DNA of 32,000 nucleotides from Copranaerobaculum intestinale (GCF_009831105.1 NZ_WUUQ01000001.1:270001-302000), one strand, 5' to 3'; positions 1 through 11,377 are shown, counted from the stretch's first letter. A program made the numbers and translations. The notes: generated by a model from the sequence alone, not told the origin.

Positions 1-1
1 G

Positions 2-253
2 AAATTGAAAACCAACTCGCTGGGAAACAACAATCCCCGTTTACATACTGATGAAGTATTAATTGCCTTGTCTATTTCCGCGACAACCAATCCGCTTTCT
101 CACTTCGCGCTCCAGCAGCTGCCAAAATTGAAAGGCTGTGAAGCTCATAGCACGGTCATTCTATCAGAAGTGGATCGCAATGTCTTTCGGAAGCTGAAAG
201 TCAATTTGACCTGCGAGCCTTCCTATCAAACAAAAAAACTGTATCATAAGTAA
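2..253 (+). CDS. C-terminal end of a gene entering from the left edge; conserved hypothetical protein (possibly DUF1846/UPF0371 family)
   Basis: The frame is open to the window edge. The 'M' at 5 in the ORF track is a TTG and an edge artefact. Stop TAA at 251-253, followed by a strong hairpin terminator. The family name rests only on my recollection of the C-terminal motif ...LPKLKGCEAHSTVILS... and needs a database search. Confidence 0.5.
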   Translation, partial: KLKTNSLGNNNPRLHTDEVLIALSISATTNPLSHFALQQLPKLKGCEAHSTVILSEVDRNVFRKLKVNLTCEPSYQTKKLYHK

Positions 254-261
254 ACGATATT

Positions 262-296
262 AAAAAATCGAGATCTTAAAACGATCTCGATTTTTT
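262..296 (+). terminator. Rho-independent terminator (potentially bidirectional)
   Basis: ATCGAGATC (267-275) pairs perfectly with GATCTCGAT (283-291) around a 7-nt loop. An A5 run lies 5' and a T-run 3' (292-296). Confidence 0.8.
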
Positions 297-431
297 ATTG
301 ATTCTTTCTGTATTATCAGCCTCATAACCAACCCCAATAGCATTTTCAGTAAATGCTTCAAAAATGGTTATCTTTTTACTTTTCAATAGCTTATTCTCTT
401 TTTATGAACCGATTAATCAAAAGGGATGTAT

Positions 432-466
432 ATAAAAATCTGCGCAGTCTTCCAACTGTGCAGATT
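432..466 (-). terminator. Rho-independent terminator ending the pur operon
   Basis: On the minus strand, ATCTGCACAG (465-456) pairs with CTGCGCAGAT (447-438) as a 10-bp stem with one G-U pair. A U-run follows (plus-strand A-run 434-438). It starts 8 nt after the purH stop. Confidence 0.7.
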
Positions 467-473
467 AAATTTA

Positions 474-2006
474 TCAATGTTTAAAATGGCGAATGCCTGT
501 ATATACCATTGCGATTCCATACTGATCACAGACATCAATGGAGTCCTGATCGTGAATACTTCCGCCTGGCTGAATAATCGCCGTAACACCGGCAGCGGCA
601 GCAGCTTCGCAGGTATCCGGCATCGGGAAATATGCATCTGATCCCATTACCGATCCTTTGGCTTTTTCACCTGCCTGCTCAATCGCAATTTTCGCCGCGC
701 CGACACGATTCATTTGACCGGCACCGACACCGACCGTCATATCATTACGAACCAGTACGATCGCATTGGATTTCACATGCTTCACCGCTTTCCAAGCAAA
801 CAAGAGCTGTGCAATTTCTTCCTCAGTCGGCTTGCGTTTTGTTACACATGTAAGTTCTTCTCTGGTTACTTTCTTATCATCAACATCCTGCACCAATAAA
901 CCGTCATTTACATTGGTTACCTTAAATTTTGTATGTACCGTTAATGTGGTATCCAATTCCAACAAACGAATATTCTTCTTCTTGGATAAGAGTTCAAACG
1001 CTTCCCGCTCATAGCCCGGGGCAATAACGATCTCTAAGAACATCTGTGACAGCTTTTCTGCGATCGGCATGGTTACCGCTTCATTGAAGGCTACGATCCC
1101 ACCGAAAATAGAAACCGGATCGGCCTCAAAGCATTTATTCCAAGCTTCTTCAATCGTCTTACCGATTCCAATACCGCATGGGTTCATGTGCTTCAGACCA
1201 ACCGCAGCCGGCTGACCTTCAAAATCTTTTAAAATTTCAATCGCCGCATTGCCATCCTGAATATTGTTATAGGACAATTCCTTACCGTGCAGCTGTTTGG
1301 CATTGGCAAGTGAATACTTCGGATCAAAATTTTTATAGAAGGCTGCGCTTTGATGCGGATTCTCACCATAGCGAAGATCCTGAACCTTTTCAAAAGTCAT
1401 CGTAAAGTTTTCCGGATATTTTTCACCGGTGCGTTCTGTCAGATACTGGGCAATAATGGTATCATACGCAGCTGTATGACGGAAAACCTTCGCAGCCAAA
1501 AATTCACGGGTAGACAAACTGGTATCACCCTTTTCACGCAGTTCCGTCAGAACCGATTCATAATCCTTCGGATCGACAATGACCGGAATAGACTGGTAAT
1601 TCTTAGACGCACTGCGCAGCATGCTCGGTCCGCCGATATCAATATTTTCGATAATTTCCTCATGGGTTACTCCATGCTTCATCAGCGTTTGTTTAAACGG
1701 ATATAAATTTACACAGACCAGATCGATATAATCAATGTTCAGATCCTGAAGCTGTTTGACATGCCCAGGATTGCTTCTCACACACAGCAATGCGCCGTGC
1801 ACACTAGGATGCAGCGTTTTTACACGACCGTCCATAATTTCCGGAAAACCGGTAATATCAGAAATACCGATGGTTTTGATGCCGGCTTCTTCTAAGGCTT
1901 TTTTCGTTCCGCCGGTAGAGATGATTTCATAACCCAATTCTACCAACCCGGAAACAAAAGGCACCAGACCGGTTTTGTCAGATACACTTACTAATGCTCG
2001 TTTCAT
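474..2006 (-). CDS. purH: bifunctional AICAR transformylase / IMP cyclohydrolase
   Basis: 510 aa. N-terminal MGS-like motif KRALVSVSDKTGL...STGGT...DGRVKTLHP, and full-length PurH architecture. Last gene of the pur cluster. Confidence 0.95.
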   Translation of the reverse strand: MKRALVSVSDKTGLVPFVSGLVELGYEIISTGGTKKALEEAGIKTIGISDITGFPEIMDGRVKTLHPSVHGALLCVRSNPGHVKQLQDLNIDYIDLVCVNLYPFKQTLMKHGVTHEEIIENIDIGGPSMLRSASKNYQSIPVIVDPKDYESVLTELREKGDTSLSTREFLAAKVFRHTAAYDTIIAQYLTERTGEKYPENFTMTFEKVQDLRYGENPHQSAAFYKNFDPKYSLANAKQLHGKELSYNNIQDGNAAIEILKDFEGQPAAVGLKHMNPCGIGIGKTIEEAWNKCFEADPVSIFGGIVAFNEAVTMPIAEKLSQMFLEIVIAPGYEREAFELLSKKKNIRLLELDTTLTVHTKFKVTNVNDGLLVQDVDDKKVTREELTCVTKRKPTEEEIAQLLFAWKAVKHVKSNAIVLVRNDMTVGVGAGQMNRVGAAKIAIEQAGEKAKGSVMGSDAYFPMPDTCEAAAAAGVTAIIQPGGSIHDQDSIDVCDQYGIAMVYTGIRHFKH

Positions 2007-2010
2007 GCAA

Positions 2011-2595
2011 TTACCTTCTTTCCTCTATCTGTTTACATACTAAATTGATCACTTCCGGAAACAGCTGATATTCCAAAGCATGAATATGCTCCTCCAGGGT
2101 TTCCAAACTCCAGGATGGATCAATCATAACTTTTTCCTGGCGGATAATTTCACCGGTATCAATTCCTTCATCAATATAATGAACCGTGACCCCGCTGTAT
2201 GTGACTTTTGCTTCATATGCATCCAGAATGCTCTGCTTTCCCGGAAATTCCGGTAAATAGGCAGGATGCAAATTGATGATGCGTTTCGGATACGCATCCA
2301 GCAGCACATGCGTGATAATCCGCATATAGCCGGCTAGTATAATCAGCTCGACTTGATCTTTTTTCAGGATTTCAAGCACTGCCTGTTCATATGCTTCTTT
2401 GTCCGCAAATTCTTTTGGCAGCACCACATGGTAAGCAATCCCGAGTCTTTTGGCCCGATCGATCACTTTAGCCTGTGCCTTATCTACAATCAAGGTGACA
2501 CATTTCGCGTTTTGAATGTTTCCGGTCTCCAAATTATGAATGATATTTTCAAAATTTGTACCGCTTCCGCTGGCAAAAACCGCAAATTTTACCAT
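2011..2595 (-). CDS. purN: phosphoribosylglycinamide formyltransferase
   Basis: 194 aa. Motifs [16 protein letters not shown] and NLHPAYLP are typical of PurN. The gap to purH is 4 nt. Confidence 0.93.
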   Translation of the reverse strand: MVKFAVFASGSGTNFENIIHNLETGNIQNAKCVTLIVDKAQAKVIDRAKRLGIAYHVVLPKEFADKEAYEQAVLEILKKDQVELIILAGYMRIITHVLLDAYPKRIINLHPAYLPEFPGKQSILDAYEAKVTYSGVTVHYIDEGIDTGEIIRQEKVMIDPSWSLETLEEHIHALEYQLFPEVINLVCKQIEERR

Positions 2596-3632
2596 TGCAG
2601 GTCAACACCCTCTCTAGCTGTAGTTTCACCTATGATATACGCTTTTTCATCAATTTCCGCCAATAAGTCAATGACTGTTTTGGCATCAGCCTTATCAACT
2701 GCCATGACAAATCCGATTCCCATATTGAAGACGTTGTACATTTCCTTATTTGAAATATTACCGGTCTGCTGAAGCAGATCGAAGATAGCCGGACGCGGAT
2801 AGGATTTGGTATCGATTGTTACACCGACTCCGGCTTTCAGCATTCTCGGTACATTCTCATAGAAACCGCCGCCGGTTATATGAGACATTCCCTTAATGTC
2901 AACCTTGCCGAATAGGTGTTTCATCGCTTTTACATAGATTCGGGTCGGGGTTAAAAGCTCTTCACCCAGTGGCTTCCCAAGGCTTGGAATGGTTTCATGC
3001 AGATCGAGATGACCGTCTTTCAGCAGCACCTTGCGGATCAATGAAAATCCGTTTGAATGCGTTCCTGAGCTCGGCAGTCCGATCAATACCTGACCGGGTG
3101 CGATACCTCGATTATCCATCAATTTGCTTTTATCAACCGCGCCGACACAGAAGCCGGCCACATCATAATGATGATCGCCGTACATATCCGGCATCTCCGC
3201 GGTTTCCCCGCCGATCAATGCACATTCCGCCTGCACACAGCCATCCGCCACACCTTTTACAATCTGCTCGATCACCTGTGGCCGGTTTTTATCCACAGCC
3301 AGATAATCCAGGAAGAAAATCGGTGAAGCACCCTGTACCAGCACATCATTGACACACATCGCTACCGCATCGATACCGATCGTATCATGCTTGTCCATCG
3401 CAAATGCCAGCAGCAGCTTCGTACCGACGCCGTCAGTCCCGCTCACCAGCACCGGTTCTTTCAACCCGAGCGCTGATAAGTCAAACATACCGCCGAAAGC
3501 ACCGATTGAATCTATCGCTCCTTTGATCTGGGTACGGGCAACATGAGATTTAATCAACCGCACCGACTCGTATCCGGCTTCTAAATCAACTCCCGCTTCC
3601 TTATATAAATCACTCTTACTGATTTCACTCAT
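2589..3632 (-). CDS. purM: phosphoribosylformylglycinamidine cyclo-ligase (AIR synthetase)
   Basis: PurM motifs are present ([30 protein letters not shown]). I moved the start from the track's 3710 to the ATG at 3632-3630 ([10 protein letters not shown]...). That ATG has a GGGAGG RBS about 7 nt upstream and removes a 76-nt overlap with purF. Confidence 0.93.
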   Translation of the reverse strand: MSEISKSDLYKEAGVDLEAGYESVRLIKSHVARTQIKGAIDSIGAFGGMFDLSALGLKEPVLVSGTDGVGTKLLLAFAMDKHDTIGIDAVAMCVNDVLVQGASPIFFLDYLAVDKNRPQVIEQIVKGVADGCVQAECALIGGETAEMPDMYGDHHYDVAGFCVGAVDKSKLMDNRGIAPGQVLIGLPSSGTHSNGFSLIRKVLLKDGHLDLHETIPSLGKPLGEELLTPTRIYVKAMKHLFGKVDIKGMSHITGGGFYENVPRMLKAGVGVTIDTKSYPRPAIFDLLQQTGNISNKEMYNVFNMGIGFVMAVDKADAKTVIDLLAEIDEKAYIIGETTAREGVDLQW

Positions 3633-3634
3633 GA

Positions 3635-5074
3635 TTAATCCTCCCTTACCAGCGTTTTCGCCAAACTGAATAAACGTGTCGGATAATTTCCGGTGAAGCA
3701 GGACAGACATAAATCTTTCGTTCCAAATGCTTCAACCAGTGAATCACAGGAGAGGAACTTTAATGAATCCGCCCCGATATACGCTCTGACTTCCTCCACG
3801 CTCATTCGGGCAGAAATCAGCTCTTCATATGTGGATGTATCCACCCCATAGAAGCAAGGATGGGTAATTGCCGGAGATCCGATACGAACATGAACTTCTT
3901 TTGCGCCAGCTTCCTTTAACAGCTGAACAATACGCTTAGAGGTCGTACCGCGGACGATTGAGTCATCGATCAGCATGATGCGCTTATCCTTAACAATATC
4001 ACGCACCGCGCTCAGCTTCATACGAACGCCGCGCTCTCTTTGTTTCTGCGTCGGCTGGATAAAGGTTCGGCCGACATAACGGTTCTTGATTAAACCCAGC
4101 TCATAGGGCAATCCGCTTTCTTCGGAATAGCCGATCGCAGCGGACAAGGAAGAATCAGGAACTCCGACCACGATATCCGCTTCAACCTTTCCCTTGTCTT
4201 CACGAGCCAGCATATGACCGCTGTATCGACGTGCCGTATGAACGTTGATATTGTTGATATTAGAATCCGGGCGGGAAAAATAAATATATTCCATCGCACA
4301 CATCTTATTTTGAATTTCCGTTGTATATTGAAAGAATTTCAGACCGTCATCAGCGATACGTACTACTTCACCCGGTTCAATGTCACGAATCGTTGTCGCA
4401 TTAACGATATTAAAAGCACAGGTTTCAGAACTCAGACAGTATCCGGCTTCATCAACATTGGCGATCGTCAGCGGACGCAGTCCGTTTTTATCGCGAATAC
4501 CATACATGCAGTCTTTTGTCATGATGATAAAGGCAAATGCCCCTTCTAATCGATTGGCCGCTTTTATAATCTTTTCAACAAAGGTTCCGGTTTCTTTTTG
4601 AATCAGATGAGCAATGACTTCAGAATCACTGGTACCCTGAAAGATCCGGCCTTCATTTTCCAGTTCAATGCGGATTTCTCGGGCATTCACGATATTGCCG
4701 TTGTGTACAACCGCAAAATTTCCGGTATGCGCACGCACCATGATCGGCTGTACATTTTCGATTTCATTCCCGCCGGCGGTTGAATAACGGACATGTCCAA
4801 CGGCATGTACCCCTCCAAGCCGATCAATGGTCTGCGTATCGAAAATTTCCGTTAACAGACCCTTGCCCTTATAGCACTCTACCTTTTGATTATCACTTGC
4901 GGCGATACCGGCGGCTTCCTGGCCGCGGTGCTGTAATGCATGCAGACCGTAATATGCCAAGGAGCTGGCATTATCAGATACATTATATACACCAAACACA
5001 CCGCATTCCTCATGCATTTCTCCGTCCAGGAAATATTCATTTTCCTTGATAAAATCTATTGACAAGTCTTTCAT
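3635..5074 (-). CDS. purF: amidophosphoribosyltransferase
   Basis: 479 aa. N-terminal Ntn-amidotransferase motif ECGVFGVY, a PRTase motif ([13 protein letters not shown]), and C-terminal Cys residues consistent with the Fe-S type. Confidence 0.95.
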   Translation of the reverse strand: MKDLSIDFIKENEYFLDGEMHEECGVFGVYNVSDNASSLAYYGLHALQHRGQEAAGIAASDNQKVECYKGKGLLTEIFDTQTIDRLGGVHAVGHVRYSTAGGNEIENVQPIMVRAHTGNFAVVHNGNIVNAREIRIELENEGRIFQGTSDSEVIAHLIQKETGTFVEKIIKAANRLEGAFAFIIMTKDCMYGIRDKNGLRPLTIANVDEAGYCLSSETCAFNIVNATTIRDIEPGEVVRIADDGLKFFQYTTEIQNKMCAMEYIYFSRPDSNINNINVHTARRYSGHMLAREDKGKVEADIVVGVPDSSLSAAIGYSEESGLPYELGLIKNRYVGRTFIQPTQKQRERGVRMKLSAVRDIVKDKRIMLIDDSIVRGTTSKRIVQLLKEAGAKEVHVRIGSPAITHPCFYGVDTSTYEELISARMSVEEVRAYIGADSLKFLSCDSLVEAFGTKDLCLSCFTGNYPTRLFSLAKTLVRED

Positions 5075-5075
5075 C

Positions 5076-5786
5076 TTAAAACCCCATTCTTTCTTTTAAT
5101 CGTTTTGCGATTTCCTGATAAGCTGCTTCCACATTGCCCAAATCCCGGCGGAAACGATCCTTGTCCAGCCTCTCCTGGGTATCGCTGTCCCATAAGCGGC
5201 AGGTATCCGGTGATATTTCATCCGCCAGCAGGATCGTACCGTTGCTTGTTTTTCCAAATTCGATCTTGAAATCAATCAAATCGATGTGGATGCTATGAAA
5301 TAATTCACAAAGCTCACGGTTAATTTGCAGTGCATATTCATAAATCTGCTTCAATTCAGCCTTTGTAACCAGCTCCAGTGCCAATGCTTGATCGTCATTG
5401 ATCAATGGATCGTTGAGTTCATCACATTTATAACAGATTTCTTTGATCGTAACCGGTGAAATTCTGCCTTCTTCCACCCCCAGGCGCTTTGCGATAGATC
5501 CGGCAAAGCGGTTGCGGATGATCACCTCCAAGGGAATAATAGCAACCTTGATACAGAGCTGATCTCGGTCATTCAAGGTTTTTAAATGATGGGTAGGTAT
5601 CCCTTTAGTTTTCAAATAATCATAAAGCAAGGTCGTAATTTCATTGTTTAATACACCCTTATTCAAAATGGTTCCTTTTTTCGCGCCGTTACCGGCAGTC
5701 GCATCATCCTTGTACCGGATGATGACTTGATCTGGCTGATCAGCCTCCAATATTTGCTTGGCCTTGCCTTCGTACAGCAGCTTCAT
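5076..5786 (-). CDS. purC: phosphoribosylaminoimidazole-succinocarboxamide (SAICAR) synthase
   Basis: 236 aa. LLYEGKAKQI N-terminus and LADEISPDTCRLWD motif. Confidence 0.94.
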   Translation of the reverse strand: MKLLYEGKAKQILEADQPDQVIIRYKDDATAGNGAKKGTILNKGVLNNEITTLLYDYLKTKGIPTHHLKTLNDRDQLCIKVAIIPLEVIIRNRFAGSIAKRLGVEEGRISPVTIKEICYKCDELNDPLINDDQALALELVTKAELKQIYEYALQINRELCELFHSIHIDLIDFKIEFGKTSNGTILLADEISPDTCRLWDSDTQERLDKDRFRRDLGNVEAAYQEIAKRLKERMGF

Positions 5787-5796
5787 ACCGGTACTC

Positions 5797-8700
5797 CTAA
5801 CGGCCTCGGAAATAATTTACACCATTCAGAAAGATATCCTGAACCTTATTTCCGTCAATATTTTTCATAAGTCCTTCTTCGTAACGCTCACAGTGTCCCA
5901 TTTTACCGAAGATATGACCGTCGACCGAAGTGATGCCTTCAATGGCATAGCTGGAACCGTTCACGTTGAAGGCTCCGTTCATGGTCGGATTGCCCTCTAA
6001 ATCGGTATACTGCGTTGCGATCTGACCGTTGGCAAACAATTCTTTCGCTACCTCTTCATCAACCACAAATTTACCTTCACCATGTGAGAATGCAATGTTA
6101 TGCAGTTCTCCTGGCGTGAAGCTGGATAACCATGGTGATTTGTTGGAAGCGATCTGTGTCATCGCCATACGGGAAACGTGACGGTTGATATTGTTTCGAA
6201 ACAGCGTCGGCGAAGCTTCATCAAGCTTCGTGATGTCGCCGTATGGAAGCAGCCCGGATTTGATCAGCGCCTGGAATCCGTTACAGATGCCGAGAATTAA
6301 TCCATCATTGGCAAGCAGGGTTTGAACTGCCTGATATACCTGTTCGTTCTGCAAAACATTGGCGATAAATTTCCCGCTTCCGTCCGGTTCATCACCGCTG
6401 GAGAAGCCGCCAACAAGCATCAGAATCTGTGACGATGCAATTTTTTCACTCAATTCTTTCAAAGAGCGTTTTACCGCTTCGACAGAAAGATTATTAAAAA
6501 CATACACTTCCACCTCGGCACCGGCCCGTTCAAACTGCTGTTTCGTATCATACTCGCAGTTGTTGCCAGGGAATACCGGGATTATTACTTTTGGTTTATC
6601 AATTCTGGTACGAGCATGTTTATGCTCTTGGATATGATACAGCGGTGTTTGTACCGGCTTACCATCCGTATCCGTTTTCGTTGGATACAGCTGCTCATAA
6701 CGACTCATCCATTTTGCGATCGCTTCTTCCATGTTCAAGGATACACCATTGATGACAATTTCATCACCGCCGGTTTCACCCAGCAGAATGAAATTTTCGT
6801 CCTGTATATCTTCCGTTGCCTCCACCAGCAAAGAACCGATGGAAAGTGCGAATAACGCTTCTTCTGTATCAACGCGAATACCGATTTTATTGCCAAAGCT
6901 CATCTTGCATAAGGTTTCCGCAATACCGCCGAATTTCACGGTTGCGGCAGAAAGAATCGTTTTCTTTTTAATATACGAATGAACGGTATCAAAGTTTTTA
7001 TTCAGTGCTTCATAATCCGGAGTTTCATCATCATGGATCGGATGCTTGACCAAATAAATCTTGGAACCGGATTTTTTCCATTCGCTGGAGATGATATTGC
7101 CTGTATTGCCAGTCGCAACCGCAAACGTGATGATCGTTGGCGGAACGCTGATATTCTTATAAGTACCGCTCATGCTGTCCTTGCCGCCGATTGCCGGAGT
7201 CTTAAACGCCAGCTGTGCTTCAATGACACCCAATAGTGCCTGTGCCGGCTTGCCCCAGCGCACTTCATCCTGATGCAGCCGCTCGAAGTATTCCTGACAA
7301 GTCAAGCGTGCTTTATGTATATCGCCACCGACTGCCGCCACTCTGGCAAGTGCTTCGACAACTGAATAAGCACCGGCCAGATATGGCGAATAACAGCTCA
7401 CGCCTGGGTGAAATCCATAGGACATGATGCTGCAGGTATCGGTTAACCCCATAACCGGAAGCTTTTGGACGGATGCTTCACTCTCCGTCAGCTGATATTT
7501 ACCGCCGTAAGGCATGAGAACCGTTGATTTCCCGATCGTTGAATCGAACATCTCAACCAATCCCTTTTGTGAAGCGGTATTCTCTTTCGCCAAATTTTCC
7601 AGCAGATTTTCTTTGGTGCAGACTTCCTCATGGTGAAATGGATTTTCATCCTGTTCCACGGTGGTGATCGTTACCTTCTGATGCTGACGAACACCGTTGG
7701 TATCAAGAAAGGCGCGGGATATGTCGACGATTGTTTCTCCTTTACAGTGCATGACCAAACGATTATCATCGGTAACTACCGCAACTTTTGTCGCATCCAG
7801 ATTTTCCTGATACGCCAATTCTTTAAAGGCTTCAAACTGAGCAGCTTCAATAACCACAGCCATACGCTCTTGACTTTCGCTGATTGCCAGCTCAGTTCCA
7901 TTCAGACCGCGGTATTTTACCGGAACGACATCCAGATCAATATCAATGCCGGGTGCCAGTTCACCGATCGCAACACTCACGCCGCCCGCTCCGAAATCAT
8001 TGGAACGCTTGATCATACGCGTTGCTTCGGGATTGCGGAATAATCGCTGCAGCTTTCTTTCCACCGGGGCATTTCCCTTTTGAACTTCACTGGAGCATTT
8101 CGTTAAAGAAGATTCATTATGTTCTTTAGAAGAACCGGTTGCTCCGCCGATACCGTCACGTCCGGTTGCTCCGCCTAATAATACAACAATATCTCCGGCA
8201 CACGGCTCCTTGCGTACAACCCAAGCCTTCGGAGCTGCCCCGACAACCGCGCCAACCTCCATACGTTTCGCAACATATCCCTCATGATACAGCTCTTTTA
8301 CATACGTAGTCGCCAGTCCGATTTGATTACCATAAGAGGAATAACCCTGTGCGGCTGATTTTGATATCACGCTCTGCGGCAGCTTATTCGCTAATGTATC
8401 GTTCAAATCCTTATTAATATCTCCAGCGCCGGTAATCCGCATCGCCTGATAAACATAGCTTCTTCCCGACAGCGGATCACGGATCGCTCCGCCGATACAC
8501 GTACTGGCACCGCCAAACGGTTCGATTTCGGTCGGATGATTATGGGTTTCATTCTTAAACATTAACAGCCATGGCTCTTTCACCCCATTGACATCCACTT
8601 CGATTTCCACACTGCAGGCATTGATCTCCTCACTTACCTCCAGATCGTCCAAATAACCGGTTTTGCGCAGATATTTACCGGCTATCGTAGCCATATCCAT

Positions 8701-9501
8701 CAGGGTCATGTATTTCTTTTCCCCGTGTACTGCTTTCCGCAGTTCTACATAATCATCATAAACCTTTTGTAATTGATCATGAAACTTACCGGCTGTAATC
8801 GTTACTTCATCCAGCACCGTTTCAAAGGTCGTATGACGGCAGTGATCGCTCCAATAGGTATCAAGCACTTTGATCTCAGTAATTGTCGGGTCGCGCTGTT
8901 CTTCATTATCAAAATATTTCTGGATGTGCAGCAGATCTTCATCGCTCATCGCCAGACCTTCATTTTCCCGGTATGCGGCGATTTCTTTCTCGCTCCAACC
9001 GCAAAATCCATCGATCGTCAGCACCGGTTCGATCTCCACTTCTTCCTCACAGGCAAGCACAGATAAATCCTTTTCACGCATTTCTACCGGATTGATCAGA
9101 TATTTGCGTACTGCCTGCATGGTGACTTCATCCACAGCACCTTCAAAAACAACAAGTTTACCGCTCTTGATGATAACTTCTTCCTTATTATTCAGCAGCA
9201 TTAAGCATTGCTGCGCGCTGTCCGAACGCTGATCATACTGTCCCGGCAGATATTCCATCGCAATGTATGACTTTCCTTCCAAGGCTAGATCATTCAGCAC
9301 TTCATCCGTTACCACCTCGGACAGCACCCGCTGTTTTAGGAGTGCTATATCCTGATCATCCGCATGAAATACATCATAGATATTAAACAGCTGCAGTGAT
9401 GTAACGCCGGATAAATCAAAATTTGTTTTCAGTTCCTCGAAAAGTGACTGTGATTCGATTCGATAGGCAGGCTTCTTTGTAACATAGATACGTGTATTCA
9501 T
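5797..9501 (-). CDS. purL: phosphoribosylformylglycinamidine (FGAM) synthase, single-chain large form with fused glutaminase domain
   Basis: 1234 aa. It has an N-terminal PurS-like region, duplicated AIRS-type domains (DHCRHTTF, ETHNHP) and a C-terminal class-I amidotransferase (GICNGFQAL, HGEG). Confidence 0.95.
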   Translation of the reverse strand: MNTRIYVTKKPAYRIESQSLFEELKTNFDLSGVTSLQLFNIYDVFHADDQDIALLKQRVLSEVVTDEVLNDLALEGKSYIAMEYLPGQYDQRSDSAQQCLMLLNNKEEVIIKSGKLVVFEGAVDEVTMQAVRKYLINPVEMREKDLSVLACEEEVEIEPVLTIDGFCGWSEKEIAAYRENEGLAMSDEDLLHIQKYFDNEEQRDPTITEIKVLDTYWSDHCRHTTFETVLDEVTITAGKFHDQLQKVYDDYVELRKAVHGEKKYMTLMDMATIAGKYLRKTGYLDDLEVSEEINACSVEIEVDVNGVKEPWLLMFKNETHNHPTEIEPFGGASTCIGGAIRDPLSGRSYVYQAMRITGAGDINKDLNDTLANKLPQSVISKSAAQGYSSYGNQIGLATTYVKELYHEGYVAKRMEVGAVVGAAPKAWVVRKEPCAGDIVVLLGGATGRDGIGGATGSSKEHNESSLTKCSSEVQKGNAPVERKLQRLFRNPEATRMIKRSNDFGAGGVSVAIGELAPGIDIDLDVVPVKYRGLNGTELAISESQERMAVVIEAAQFEAFKELAYQENLDATKVAVVTDDNRLVMHCKGETIVDISRAFLDTNGVRQHQKVTITTVEQDENPFHHEEVCTKENLLENLAKENTASQKGLVEMFDSTIGKSTVLMPYGGKYQLTESEASVQKLPVMGLTDTCSIMSYGFHPGVSCYSPYLAGAYSVVEALARVAAVGGDIHKARLTCQEYFERLHQDEVRWGKPAQALLGVIEAQLAFKTPAIGGKDSMSGTYKNISVPPTIITFAVATGNTGNIISSEWKKSGSKIYLVKHPIHDDETPDYEALNKNFDTVHSYIKKKTILSAATVKFGGIAETLCKMSFGNKIGIRVDTEEALFALSIGSLLVEATEDIQDENFILLGETGGDEIVINGVSLNMEEAIAKWMSRYEQLYPTKTDTDGKPVQTPLYHIQEHKHARTRIDKPKVIIPVFPGNNCEYDTKQQFERAGAEVEVYVFNNLSVEAVKRSLKELSEKIASSQILMLVGGFSSGDEPDGSGKFIANVLQNEQVYQAVQTLLANDGLILGICNGFQALIKSGLLPYGDITKLDEASPTLFRNNINRHVSRMAMTQIASNKSPWLSSFTPGELHNIAFSHGEGKFVVDEEVAKELFANGQIATQYTDLEGNPTMNGAFNVNGSSYAIEGITSVDGHIFGKMGHCERYEEGLMKNIDGNKVQDIFLNGVNYFRGR

Positions 9502-9516
9502 AAGATTCTCCTCTGT

Positions 9517-10608
9517 TTATATAATCGCGGCTTCCGCTTCTTGAATCAATTCTTCCAAATTTTCACCCCAGAAGGTGATATGTCCCATTTTACGATTGAT
9601 CCGTGCTTCCGGTTTTCCATACAGGTATAAACGGGCGTGATCGGGAAGCTCATGACTGACTGCCGCTTCCAGATACTGCCCCAGGACATTCACCATCACA
9701 CATGGCTTGGTTATAGCCGGCTCCAGCACATCGCCGTTCAGAATTGCACGCAGAGCATTTTCGTATTGACTGACTTGATAACCATCCATAGTAAGGTGTC
9801 CGCTGTTGTGGGGACGCGGTGCGATTTCATTCACGTAAATCTCTCCGTCTTTCCCAACAAACATTTCAATCGCCACGATACCAATGAAATCAAGGCGATC
9901 CATTATCTGTATGGCAATCCGCTTCGCCTTGTTTTTCATCACATCATCGACTCTTGCCGGTGAAATGGACAAATGCAGAATGCCATTTTCATGAATGTTT
10001 TCGATCGGTTCAAAAGTAATCGTCTTGCCGGTCTTCCCGCGTACGGCAATTACGGATATCTCACATGCGAAATCGACCATCGATTCCACAATGTATTCAT
10101 TCGCTTTGAACTGGGTAACAAAATCATACAGATCAAAATCATTACGGATGACCCACTGTCCTTTTCCATCATAGCCGCCGGTACAGGTCTTGATAAGAAA
10201 AGGATATTCCATAAGGCGGGATAGCGATTGTGCTTCTTCAATCGTATGTAATGGTAAAAAATTCGCTGTCTTGATGCCTGCCTCATGAATGCTGGTTTTT
10301 TCGGTAATTCGATGCTGAGCAATTAACAGCGGCTTCTTTCCCTGCGGAACATTCGCATGTATGGATTTGAGAAAATCAATGACCTCGGCTTTGACATTTT
10401 CAAATTCATAGGTGATGACATCGCTTTGTGATGCAAGGATACTGAGCGCGTCATGATCATCATATTCCGCGCATACAAACTCATCGCTGTTTTGCCGTGC
10501 CGAAGCATCATGTCCCGGATCCAGCACGACCGTGGTATGACCGAGTGCATGAGCGGCATCGACCAGATACATGCCCAGCTGTCCGCCGCCGATAATACCT
10601 ACTCGCAT
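9517..10608 (-). CDS. purK: N5-carboxyaminoimidazole ribonucleotide synthase (ATP-grasp)
   Basis: 363 aa. [13 protein letters not shown]-terminus and ATP-grasp core ([19 protein letters not shown]). Confidence 0.93.
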   Translation of the reverse strand: MRVGIIGGGQLGMYLVDAAHALGHTTVVLDPGHDASARQNSDEFVCAEYDDHDALSILASQSDVITYEFENVKAEVIDFLKSIHANVPQGKKPLLIAQHRITEKTSIHEAGIKTANFLPLHTIEEAQSLSRLMEYPFLIKTCTGGYDGKGQWVIRNDFDLYDFVTQFKANEYIVESMVDFACEISVIAVRGKTGKTITFEPIENIHENGILHLSISPARVDDVMKNKAKRIAIQIMDRLDFIGIVAIEMFVGKDGEIYVNEIAPRPHNSGHLTMDGYQVSQYENALRAILNGDVLEPAITKPCVMVNVLGQYLEAAVSHELPDHARLYLYGKPEARINRKMGHITFWGENLEELIQEAEAAII

Positions 10609-11090
10609 ACTTCAATCAGCGCGTCATCCAGCACTGTCTGGGTTTGTTTATGACGATATTCCTGCAGCCGTTTCGCAACTGCTTCATCTTGAAGCCCCAC
10701 GATCTGCGCGGCCAGAATTCCAGCATTTTTCGCACCTGCGGTACCGATCGCAACGGTCGCAACCGGAATGCCTCCCGGCATCTGAACGATGGAAAGCAGC
10801 GAATCCAAACCATTCAGCGCTTTCGACTGAACCGGAACACCGATTACCGGTAAGGTAGTCATGGCCGCAACCATGCCCGGTAAATGAGCTGCCCCTCCGG
10901 CGCCCGCAATGATCACCTGAATGCCGTTTCTCTTTGCTTCTTTTGCATACTCAACCATCGAATGCGGAGTACGGTGAGCGGAAATCACTTTTACTTCATA
11001 GGAAATCTGAAATTCTTTCAGCATATCCACAGCGTTCTGCATTGTCGCAAGATCGCTGCGGCTACCCATAATAACACTTACTTTTGCCAT
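10599..11090 (-). CDS. purE: N5-carboxyaminoimidazole ribonucleotide mutase
   Basis: 163 aa. Motifs [15 protein letters not shown] and [19 protein letters not shown] upstream. Overlaps purK by 10 nt. Confidence 0.95.
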   Translation of the reverse strand: MAKVSVIMGSRSDLATMQNAVDMLKEFQISYEVKVISAHRTPHSMVEYAKEAKRNGIQVIIAGAGGAAHLPGMVAAMTTLPVIGVPVQSKALNGLDSLLSIVQMPGGIPVATVAIGTAGAKNAGILAAQIVGLQDEAVAKRLQEYRHKQTQTVLDDALIEVCE

Positions 11091-11213
11091 CGTAACTACC
11101 TCCTAAATTAAAAAAACATATTGTGAAAAATACTCTCAATATGTAGCGTGAAAATAGATTGTCGAATCCTTTATAGAGTACACATTCATATTTCGCATAA
11201 AAGCTGTACCTCC

Positions 11214-11266
11214 TATAAAAAAGAAAAAACGTAAAAGCATGCCTAGCAAGCAAACTTTTACGTTTT
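11214..11266 (-). terminator. riboswitch expression-platform terminator
   Basis: Minus strand: AAAACGTAAAAG (11266-11255) pairs with CTTTTACGTTTT (11237-11226) as a 12-bp perfect stem with a 17-nt loop, followed by TTCTTTTTT. It lies between the aptamer and the purE RBS. Confidence 0.85.
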
Positions 11267-11291
11267 CAAAAGTCGAAAAAGCAAAAATCCG

Positions 11292-11358
11292 CTTGTAGTC
11301 CGCCGATTTACGGTCAGCAGGTAGAAACTTGTCATCCATATCATGACTATTATACAAG
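11292..11358 (-). promoter_or_regulatory. purine riboswitch aptamer, guanine/hypoxanthine-specific type
   Basis: The minus strand reads CTTGTATAATAGTCATGATATGGATGACAAGTTTCTACCTGCTGACCGTAAATCGGCGGACTACAAG. P1 is CTTGTA/TACAAG. P2 is GTCAT-GATATGG-ATGAC. P3 is CTGCTGA-CCGTAAA-TCGGCGG. The conserved junctions TATAAT, GTTTCTACC and GACTA are present. The specificity position is C (GAC-TA), as in xpt-type guanine sensors. Confidence 0.93.
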
Positions 11359-11377
11359 CATAACTATTTACATTTTT

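Noticed and set aside
3633-3710. N-terminal extensions proposed by the ORF track for purM (to 3710), the EIIB gene (13676), aroB (20513), aroC (21579), DAHP synthase (22693) and the 11464 membrane protein (11817).
   Set aside because: Each extension overlaps the preceding gene or a regulatory hairpin and lacks an RBS. In every case an internal ATG with a strong Shine-Dalgarno gives the family-typical N-terminus.
5797-9501. Single-chain 1234-aa PurL in a Gram-positive-type operon, instead of the split purS/purQ/purL genes, as a possible oddity. The absence of purD and purB from the operon was noted too.
   Set aside because: As far as I recall, large fused FGAM synthases are common in Clostridia and Erysipelotrichia-type genomes. 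purD and purB are frequently encoded elsewhere. This is not unusual enough to flag.
632-10858. Dozens of 60-140-aa plus-strand ORFs in the track inside purH...purE (for example 1350-1706, 2353-2772, 2969-3352, 7630-8043, 8870-9232, 9637-9963, 10571-10858), plus same-strand out-of-frame ORFs (2124-2309, 4090-4299, 10050-10559).
   Set aside because: All lie wholly inside long, motif-rich pur genes. They have no RBS and show low-complexity or odd composition. They are typical shadow ORFs.
11062-11357. ORFs 11062-11253 and 11136-11357 (minus strand) upstream of purE.
   Set aside because: They run through the guanine riboswitch aptamer and its terminator. The RNA element explains the sequence conservation pattern, and neither ORF has an RBS.
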